Positions 36,830 through 45,744 of a stretch of 45,744 bases of DNA are shown one piece after another (position 1 is the first letter of the stretch; every line of letters begins with the position of its first letter). Below the pieces are notes generated by a model that was not told the DNA's origin, searched no databases, and saw nothing but the letters and a program-made list of their open reading frames with translations. Location: contig NC_068986.1 of assembly GCF_001194135.2 (NCBI RefSeq), forward strand, positions 94,366,926-94,412,669, read 5' to 3'. This DNA comes from Octopus bimaculoides. Lineage: Eukaryota. A program made the translations under genes and the position numbers.

Positions 36830-37299
36830 TCATTTATTAGCCACTAGGGCCGACATATAGGGGACGATACAGTGGACATGGACAGTGGGGATTTTACACA
36901 GAAACGAGTACACAAAACAATAACAATGATACCCAACAAAAAGAATAACAATGAAAGTTCCCCAATAGGGGTGGGATTAACCACCTGGAGATGGCTCACG
37001 TACCCCTCCAATCCTGAACCACTCGACGCGAGGAGGGCATCCAGGAAAGGCATCCTTCTCCCTCTCAAATTCTCTAGCCTGCAGGCGCATTATTAGAGTA
37101 GGTCCACTCACACGGGCCATTTTCGCTACATTCACCGACGTCTTAGCAAATGTACCGGGAGGCAGTACTTCTCTTTTCGCCTTAATCCTCCTATCCAAAT
37201 GAAATTTGAAAAAGTTGATGAAGGGTTGACCCGAAGAGAAAAGTGTCTGTCTTCAGTCCTTTCAATCTGATCCATTATACAACAACCTCTTTCGCTACT
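36830..37299 (-). pseudogene. L1/Tx1-like LINE 3' end (ORF2 C-terminus plus 3' UTR), copy 1
   Basis: Minus strand gives VAKEVV.*WIRLKGLKTDTFL/SGQPFINFFKFHLDRRIKAKREVLPPGTFAKTSVNVAKMARVSGPTLIMRL, then a 3' UTR ending AATAAATGAAATAA(TAA)n. The clade assignment is from memory of Tx1-type C-termini. Confidence 0.6.
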
Positions 37300-37584
37300 N
37301 NNNNNNNNNNNNNNNNNNNNNNNNNNNNNNNNNNNNNNNNNNNNNNNNNNNNNNNNNNNNNNNNNNNNNNNNNNNNNNNNNNNNNNNNNNNNNNNNNNNN
37401 NNNNNNNNNNNNNNNNNNNNNNNNNNNNNNNNNNNNNNNNNNNNNNNNNNNNNNNNNNNNNNNNNNNNNNNNNNNNNNNNNNNNNNNNNNNNNNNNNNNN
37501 NNNNNNNGAGAAGGAGAAGAAGAAGAAGAAGAAGAAGAAGAAGAAGAAGAAGAAGAAGAAGAAGAAGAAGAATCCTTTCTGCTA

Positions 37585-37748
37585 TAGGCACAAGACCTAA
37601 AATTTGGGGGTGGGGATAGTCGGTTATATCGACCCCGGTGCGTAACTGGTACTTATTTCATCGACCCAGAAAGAATGAAAGGCAAAGTCGACCTCGGCGG
37701 AATTTGAACTCAAAACGTATCGACATACAGCTAAGTATTTTGCCAGGC

Positions 37749-37750
<2 letters not shown>
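37585..37750 (-). mobile_element. SINE family B copy lacking its first ~27 nt
   Basis: Starts ACGCCTGGCAAAATACTTAG directly after (ATT)n; core and tail are present. Confidence 0.8.
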
Positions 37751-37809
<59 letters not shown>

Positions 37810-37819
37810 TTTTAATTTT

Positions 37820-38225
37820 TTCATTTATCGGCCACCAGGCCCGCCGTATAGGGGACAATACAGAAGACGTGGACAGTGGGGGTTTTACACAAAACAGATA
37901 GTACACAATTAAAACAATAACAATAATATCAAACAAGAACAATATAACAATGAAAGTTCCCTAATAGTGGGGTAACCACTTGGGGTTGGCTCAGGTACGC
38001 CACCAATCCTGAATCACTCGACGCTACGAGGGCACCCAGGGAGGACAACCTTCTCTCTCTCTCTCTCAAATTCACTGGCCTACAGGCGAATTATTAGAGT
38101 AGGTTCACTCACACGAGTCATTTTCGCTACCGTCACCCACCTTTTAGCAAATGTACTGAGGTGGGGGCAGTACTTCTTTCTCCACCCTCATCTTCCTTTC
38201 AAAGCGAAATTTGTAAAATTCCTTA
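37820..38225 (-). pseudogene. L1/Tx1-like LINE 3' end, copy 2
   Basis: NFYKFRFERKMRVEKEVLPP/STFAKRWVTVAKMTRVSEPTLIIRL* followed by a 3' UTR clearly homologous to 36830-37200. Confidence 0.6.
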
Positions 38226-38399
38226 AAGCTTAGGGGTAATTTTTGTTTAACAATCCCTTGGATAAACATAGCTAATCTTTTTTTTTTCCGAAATATGCAA
38301 GATTTTAACGTATTTGTGTAAAGGGACCTGACTTACTGGTTAAGACCTTGGGTTCGCGATAATACGGTAATGCATTCGAACGAGCAGCGCGTTGAGTAA

Positions 38400-38550
38400 C
38401 AAACCGCATGGCCGAGTGGTTAAGGTAATGCAGGTTCAAGATCATAAGTTCGTAGGTTCGATTCTCGGGGAGGGCAGCGTGTCGTACCCTTGAGAAAAGC
38501 ACTTCATTTGACATAGCTCAATTTTAATCTGTTGAAAATGAGTACCAGCC
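38400..38550 (+). mobile_element. tRNA-derived SINE head and core (family D-like)
   Basis: TGGCCGAGTGGTTAAGG A box, GGTTCGATTCT B box, CCTTGAGAAAAGCACTTCATTT core. Confidence 0.65.
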
Positions 38551-38709
38551 AAATACTGGAACAGCTCTCTTTCTCTCTCTTTCTCTCTCACTCTATCTAT
38601 CTATCTATCTATCTATTTATTTGTCTGTTTATCTATCTATCTGTCTATCTATCTCTGTCTCTCCCTCTCCCTATCTTTCTTTCACTCTCTCCTTCCCCCA
38701 CTCTCTCTT

Positions 38710-38782
<73 letters not shown>

Positions 38783-38985
38783 TGTGGTGATAGACATTAT
38801 CATCCCTGTGTGATTAAAACGTAGACTCGTAGAACTCTTTAATAAGAGTAACGTGTCACGTTGAGGGAGTACAAGGCGTTTGGAGTCTAGCGTGTTGGTA
38901 GTCAGAAGTTTACGCCTGGGAATATATTGCTTTACCCCCCGCTTCGTTAAAATCATATATCAGCAAACCAAGGATATAAAACTGC

Positions 38986-39035
<50 letters not shown>

Positions 39036-41034
39036 TCTCTCCCTCTCTCTCTCACTCTCTCTCCGTGCCTTCAACTGTAACGTCCTTGATGTTATTCTGG
39101 ATAAGTATAGGAAGGACAAAATGTTGTATCAGTCTACTCACAAATACATAGTTACCTAAAGCAATTAGCGAAAGCATAGTACATGCTACTAAGTGAGACG
39201 CTTTTCCGAGTGGTGGTCATGGTTTGGGTTGTCTTATTCTGTAATCATGGTTGCAATATTCTTGGCCGTCTCTGCAACGGGGAAGGGTGACCACTTCATA
39301 GCATGTACCACAATGCTGGTACGAAAATTGCATGATAGCGACCGTGGTTTTGTAGTACCATAAACTGTAAAAGCAGTAGAAATAGTAGTGATGGTGGAGG
39401 ATGAGGGGGTAGAGGAGGAGGGTGGGNNNNNNNNNNNNNNNNNNNNNNNNNNNNNNNNNNNNNNNNNNNNNNNNNNNNNNNNNNNNNNNNNNNNNNNNNN
39501 NNNNNNNNNNNNNNNNNNNGGGGAGGAGGAGGTGGAAGAGGAGGTGGAGGAGGTGGAGCAATGATGACATTGGAGGTTGAAGAAACATTAACCAACAAAC
39601 GAAATAAACATTACTCTGAAGCAGGAAGATGGCCAAGAAAGAGTAGGAAAAGGAAGAAGTGGGGGGTGGAGGAAGAAGAGAGAAGGATAAGATGGAAGAG
39701 TATAAGCATGAGGATGGGGCGGAGAAGGAGCAGGAGGAGGAGGAGCAGAAAAATAGAGACGAGGTTGTGATAATGTTTAACATTTTGTACTGAGAAATAC
39801 CAAAGTTGATGGAAAGGCGAGCGGCAAATGTCAGGGTGGTCGTGAGGTAACGTTGTGGAGGGCAGTCGGGGAAATCGGGGTAGACGGGGTAGGTTGAGTA
39901 GACGGGGAGGGATAGGGTAGACAGGGTGGATGGGATAGACAGGGTGGATGAAAGTATAGACGCTTGATCTGTTTTGAGGCTTGGGTGCCTTCGTGGCATT
40001 GCNNNNNNNNNNNNNNNNNNNNNNNNNNNNNNNNNNNNNNNNNNNNNNNNNNNNNNNNNNNNNNNNNNNNNNNNNNNNNNNNNNNNNNNNNNNNNNNNNN
40101 NNNNNNNNNNNNNNNNNNNNNNNNNNNNNNNNNNNNNNNNNNNNNNNNNNNNNNNNNNNNNNNNNNNNNNNNNNNNNNNNNNNNNNNNNNNNNNNNNNNN
40201 NNNNNNNNNNNNNNNNNNNNNNNNNNNNNNNNNNNNNNNNNNNNNNNNNNNNNNNNNNNNNNNNNNNNNNNNNNNNNNNNNNNNNNNNNNNNNNNNNNNN
40301 NNNNNNNNNNNNNNNNNNNNNNNNNNNNNNNNNNNNNNNNNNNNNNNNNNNNNNNNNNNNNNNNNNNNNNNNNNNNNNNNNNNNNNNNNNNNNNNNNNNN
40401 NNNNNNNNNNNNNNNNNNNNNNNNNNNNNNNNNNNNNNNNNNNNNNNNNNNNNNNNNNNNNNNNNNNNNNNNNNNNNNNNNNNNNNNNNNNNNNNNNNNN
40501 NNNNNNNNNNNNNNNNNNNNNNNNNNNNNNNNNNNNNNNNNNNNNNNAACTGAATGTGTTGAAAGGCTATTATTGCTCTTGTTATCGCTGTTGCTTCTCT
40601 TCAGGTCAGCCTCTTGGTCAAGGAGACTTATGATTAAGACTGTTCCGGCCATGACCACTCTGTTTCATTTCATATTTAAGAGATAACATTACGGAATGTT
40701 TCTTTCATTGAGGCACTAATGGTGGTAGTGACATAGCGGTGATGGTTTTTATGGAGGTGATAGCTTGATGTAGCGTGGGGTGGGGTTAATGTTGGTGATG
40801 GTCCTAACAATGGTGATAGTTGTGACTGGTGGTGTTGGCAGTGCCAATAGTCATATGGGCAGCCGTGGGGAGTAGGAGTAGAAATAGCATAAAGGGCTGC
40901 TTGTATGATTTCTCCCAGCTTAAGACATGATCCACACCGATATATCATCATCACCGATATATCATCATCATCTTCATCATTATCATCATCATCATCATCA
41001 TCTTCATCGTCGTCCTCATCATTATCATCATCAT

Positions 41035-41066
<32 letters not shown>

Positions 41067-41202
41067 CTATCACTTTCAGCACTAAAATTAATTGTACCAT
41101 GAACGGATATTCTCTCTCCACTGCTCGATGGAAGAATTGCTTCTGCCATTTTTCAGGACCAATTTGGCCATATAGTCCTTGCACATTTAATTCAATAGAC
41201 TG

Positions 41203-41255
<53 letters not shown>

Positions 41256-41269
41256 ATAATAATAATAAT

Positions 41270-41660
41270 AAAGATCTTAAAATAGAAATTGGCAAAATGT
41301 GGAACCTCAAGACTAAAACAATACCTGTGTTTATAGGTGCCCTGGGAATGATAGCAAAAGGGGCTGATTGCTACCTAGCTTAGATACCAGAAGACTCCAA
41401 AATGGCAGAAATTCAAAAGATAGTGCTCATGGGAACTGCCTATATCCTACGTAAAATACTGTCTATGTAATCTCAAATTTTAAAACAAACTCATAATTTT
41501 CTTATGGTTTCTTAAACACTCTCTTGAACACTACTCTGTGTAAAACCAGATATATGACAGCCTACGCATAACACCCACATGAACTTCTTACTTGTTGTCT
41601 CTTGAGGTCTCTGAGTGAGACTTGGAGTCAACTTGTACAAATACAAAACAAAAATCAAAC
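41270..41660 (+). pseudogene. R4/Dong-like LINE 3' end, second subfamily, in (TAA)n
   Basis: KDLKIEIGKMWNLKTKTIPVFIGALGMIAKGADCYLA*IPEDSKMAEIQKIVLMGTAYILRKILSM*, with a 3' UTR different from 36040-36568; flanked by TAA repeats. Confidence 0.8.
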
Positions 41661-41735
41661 ATAATAATAATGATGATGATGATGAAGATGATGATGAAGA
41701 TGATGATGATGATGACGATGACGATGACAATGATG

Positions 41736-41796
<61 letters not shown>

Positions 41797-41801
41797 TAAT
41801 T

Positions 41802-41904
<103 letters not shown>

Positions 41905-42644
41905 CTAATACAAATGATTATGTGTAAGGAAAAACTAAATTTGTTATTGTCTAATATTGATTCGGTTATTTCAGCCCCGGGAGGTAATCGAGGACACGTT
42001 TCGTTTCTATAATAACTTCATAGTGAAACATAGATGTCATAGTACATGCCGAACTAGTGACGATAGGACCATTAGATAAATATATGTACAAAAATATATA
42101 CGAGTTGTAAAATAAAACCAAATAATTATATAAAAACGCGAGAATTGTTGTCTAGATAAGACGTTCGCTTTATTATCATGAGTTTTCAGAATCTTTCCCA
42201 TAGAGTGTCGCTTTAGTTAAATGTCGTTTACGATAGCTCTATGCTAATCAACACCTCGTGAGTAAATTTGTGAGACGGAAACTGAGATCCGTCTTTTCTG
42301 GATTTTGTCGGCTCCTTCACGTTTACGAGTATTTCTTCTTTTGTTTCCATGAGAAAGGATTTGTGAAGACCCGGTGGTGCGGTTTTGATTTAGATAAGTG
42401 GATCTCTACCGGGGCCCATATAGCCCCTGAAGGTCCATATAAAAGTTTTGGGGGTTCCACATAACAAATTAATAAATTGGGGATCAACATAGTATTTTAA
42501 GGGCCCCTGACAATAATTCGTTTTAGATATATGCATTGGTATGTATTACAAGAAGCAGCTAGGTTCCATTCACGAACATTTTACATAGTTCAATCTACAC
42601 AAGTGAACGTGTGAAAAACAAAATAAAAATTTTGAAAGAAGTAT

Positions 42645-42879
42645 AAGGCGTCGAGCTGGCAGAAACATTAGAACACCGGGCGAAATGCTTAACGGTATTT
42701 CGTGTGCCGTTACGTTCTGAGTTCAAATTCCGCCGAGGTCGACTTTGCCTTAGATCCTTTCGGGGTCGATAAATTAAGTACCAGTTACGCACTGGGGTCT
42801 ATGTAATCGACTTAATCCCTTTGTCTGTCCTTGTTTGTCCTCTATATGTTTAGCCCCTTGTGGGCAATAAAGAAATAAG
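42645..42879 (+). mobile_element. Full-length SINE family B tail-X monomer with 18-bp TSD
   Basis: AAATTTTGAAAGAAGTAT at 42627-42644 and 42880-42897. The element starts AAGGCGTCGAGCTGGCAGAAAC and ends AATAAAGAAATAAG. The core resembles the Deu/Nin-type SINE domain (from memory). Confidence 0.93.
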
Positions 42880-44164
42880 AAATTTTGAAAGAAGTATCTG
42901 TAAAACTAGTTTTTAAACATCGAATGACTGAGGGAGTCCACCAGAATAAAATAGTATTCAAATGGATAAAAAATGATTGAGAATCCCTGATTAACTTGGA
43001 TCCTGACGTACCGTAAAGAGACCAACGCATATATATACATATATACATAATACATACACATATTCTCATGCAAGTAATGGAAGGCACGAATGGTTTTAAG
43101 CACATCACATACAAACGTACACATTCTGTGTCTGTCGTTCGTTCGTTCTCCTATTAATGCAGCGGAAACAAATTATTAGAAGTGACATCACAGGTTTTTT
43201 CTTCTGTGATGATAATGAACATAAGGAGGGTGGGGGAGGGGAATGATATTGATAGTGGTGATATTAATGATGGCGATTATGATAAAGGTGAGGATTGTTG
43301 TGATAATGGTGGTGATGTGGCAATGATGATGATGATGATGATGAGAAGGAGTAGGAAGAGGAGGAAGAGGACGACGACGACGACGACGTCTATGGTGATG
43401 GTGATGACGGTAATGATGATGATGATGACGGTGATGATGATGATGAGGACAACGTCGACGACGATGACGACGATGACGTTGATGATGATGGTGATGATGA
43501 TGGCGATGATGATGATTATGATGATTATGATGATGATGATGACGATGATGATGGTGACGATGATAAAGGGGATGGTCTTGGTTTTGGTAGTGGTGGTGTG
43601 AAGATTGATGAGGATGAAAAAGAACCGACGGAAGGAGATAATGACGCTGATTATTATAAGGGAGAGAAGAGAGAGATAATGATGCTGAAGACCAGCATCA
43701 TCATCATCACCATCATCGTCATCATCATGCTAAAAACTTCCTGCTTATTTCTTACTCTGTGCCATTATAATTACAGAACCTTTCCGTCGCTAATTGTGGC
43801 ACAAATATTTTTCAGTAGTTTCGACAATCAACAGTAACAACAACAACATCGACAAGGGGAACATAGTTCTGTCAGTGTTTTGGTCTAGAAGAACCAAGCT
43901 TTCCCCCATGGCATTTGAAAAGTAAACAAAATTACGATTATTTATTTGAAAGTTTTCAAAAGAGAAATTTATAAATGGAGATATTTCCTTCATGACACGA
44001 GTTATACAGGAGACCAAACCAACTCTGTAAGAATAGGGTGTGAGGGGTATTTGAGGATATATATGATAATTTAATACAAACTCTTATCTAACGAAAAGAA
44101 AATGTATTTAAAAAAAGAAATTAGGCATATGTTCTCGATTAACTTTTTTATAAAATTATTCTAT

Positions 44165-45255
44165 GAATCCATCTCCAGCTTCGATGACTGTTTCATTGTG
44201 GGACCGGAAGAGTTGACATCGGCCCTGCACTAAATGGTTCTTTCCATTTCAGACATTACCTGGACAAAGCCAGCCTTCAGTGAAGCTATGTCATTCTGAG
44301 GACGTCGATTAGTCTCTGAACAACGTTTCAAACGTAGCAGTCTATAAAATTTAAATCTGGTGACCACATTGTTTGGTTGACCCGAGGCTATATTAGGAGA
44401 CCCTTGTATCAGGCCAACCAAACCATGTGATCACCAGATTTAAATCTTATAGACTACTACGTTCGAAACGTTGTGCAGAGATTAATCGACGTCCTCAGAA
44501 TGCCATAGCTGAAAGAAGGCATTATATGCCCTATCCACAAAGGTGGAATCAGAGCAGAGGCCAAAAACTACAGGTCAATCTCTCTGAATTAACATATCAG
44601 TAAAGTCATGGAGCGAATCATCAGAAAGAAGTTGATAATGTTCCTAGAAGAAAATAACCTATTGAACAATACTCATCATGGCATCCGTCTAGGAAGAAGC
44701 TGCCTCACACAGCTCCTACAGCACTATGACTGGGTTTTGAAACATCTTCTTAACCATTCAAACGTCAGTGTGGTATGCCTTGACTTTGCAAAGGTATTTG
44801 ATAAGATAGATCATGGCATGATTAGTCATAAGCTACGAAACCTTGGCATTGCTGGTAAACTGGGAGAGTGGCTGCATGACTTCCTTAAAATCAGAAGTCA
44901 GGTAGTTGCAGCCAATGGTGCCCTTTCTGAGGAAATTCAAATCCTAAGTGGTGCCCCCTTCGAAGGAAATGTTCTGGGGCCATTACTGTTCATAATAGCC
45001 CTCTTAGACATGCCCACAGTCACTCGGACAGCCACTGTCACTAGCTATGCCGATGATACAAAATTATCACAGGCAATAAAAAACCAAGATGACGTCACAA
45101 ATTTACAGCGGGACCTAATTTCAATATACAAGTGAGTCGAAATAAACAACGTGCAGTTTAATGCTGGAAAATTTCAAACACTGCACTATCAACTCTCGAA
45201 TATAGTACAATTCACATTTACAGAACCCGAAGGCACTACAATCCAGAGATCCAGT
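44165..45255 (+). pseudogene. CR1-like LINE reverse transcriptase fragment, interrupted by a foldback element
   Basis: LKEGIICPIHKGG...NYRSISL...SKVMERII...HGIRLGRSCLTQLL...LDFAKVFDKIDHG...VLGPLLFII...SYADDTKL contains the RT motifs including YADD; it has in-frame stops. Confidence 0.93.
44284..44510. mobile_element. Foldback MITE (~99-bp inverted arms, 29-bp spacer) inserted at AGCT
   Basis: Arms 44284-44382 and 44412-44510 are near-perfect reverse complements. Removing the element restores GTG AAG CTG AAA GAA GGC (VKLKEG) in the LINE frame. Confidence 0.9.
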
Positions 45256-45704
45256 GGATTACATAGCTTCCAGCTAGAATATGACCCAGGAAGAATACAA
45301 AGTTGATTTCGGTGAGGCTTGAACTCAGAACGTTACAGGAAGATACTAAAGAGATTCTTCAATGGCAATATCCTGCGTAAACAGGTAGCACTCGTTGCAT
45401 TTGACCACTCTGTTACTCAAAGAAGACAACGACTAAGTCCCCATGTGGTCATGCGGTGTACTAGAAATAGGAGTAAAATCCTCCTAATAGTAGAAAAGGA
45501 CATTTTGGACAATGTGAGCAAACGTTGAATATGTCATTTCAATAAGAAAAAGAAAAAGAAAAGAAACAGGAGTAAAGCGGGAAAAAAAAGAAACAGAATA
45601 TGTATGGCTGTTTGAGCATAGGTGTCCTAGGGCTAAACAATCTTGCCTACAATCTTTCTTTTCCCCCATCTATACTCTATTCCCTCTCGTTCTCACACTG
45701 TTTG

Positions 45705-45744
<40 letters not shown>

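Noticed and set aside
37214-37240. Hammerhead-like TTGATGAAGGGTTGACCCGAAG
   Set aside because: The core is incomplete with no stems I or III; it is the antisense of the Tx1-like coding sequence.
39211-39318. Hydrophobic exon-like frame WWSWFGLSYSVIMVAIFLAVSATGKGDHFIACTTML
   Set aside because: The donor is weak, alternative frames and strands are equally open, and there is no supporting homology.
40548-40680. Signal-peptide-like frame TECVERLLLLLLSLLLLF with a donor site
   Set aside because: It overlaps the antisense of a family E SINE tail and its CAA-rich end.
41098-41177. Minus-strand exon-like segment DYMAKLVLKNGRSNSSIEQWRENIRSW
   Set aside because: The acceptor lacks a pyrimidine tract, a second frame is also open, no family is recognised, and there is no consistent neighbouring exon.
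44608-45135. 175-aa RT ORF as a functional gene
   Set aside because: It is flanked by in-frame stops, interrupted upstream by a MITE, and has a damaged QG motif; it is a dead LINE fragment.

Overview
Eukaryotic, AT-rich, repeat-saturated draft-assembly DNA with about 16 N-gaps totalling roughly 6.6 kb. The SINE families and microsatellite density are what I recall for Octopus genomes (inference, not a database match). I can confidently identify no intact host protein-coding gene; the long ORFs in the track are gap or microsatellite artefacts. The window is a transposon graveyard: several tRNA-derived SINE families, decayed LINEs (RTE, CR1-like, R4/Dong-like, L1/Tx1-like, possibly Penelope-like), Tc1/mariner relics, foldback MITEs, a ~34-bp minisatellite and a degenerate (TTAGGG)n tract. 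Three observations stand out. (1) Two divergent type I hammerhead-ribozyme elements lie in the first 2.1 kb and share an RNA architecture; one abuts the TTAGGG tract. (2) One SINE tail matches the 3' end of the Tx1-like LINE in this window, and both recur immediately upstream of the same SINE head, suggesting a self-targeting SINE/LINE partnership. (3) There are two ~180-230 bp foldback elements, one inserted at an AGCT site whose empty state can be rebuilt from a LINE reading frame. SINE family labels A-E are my own working names; most TE boundaries are approximate.
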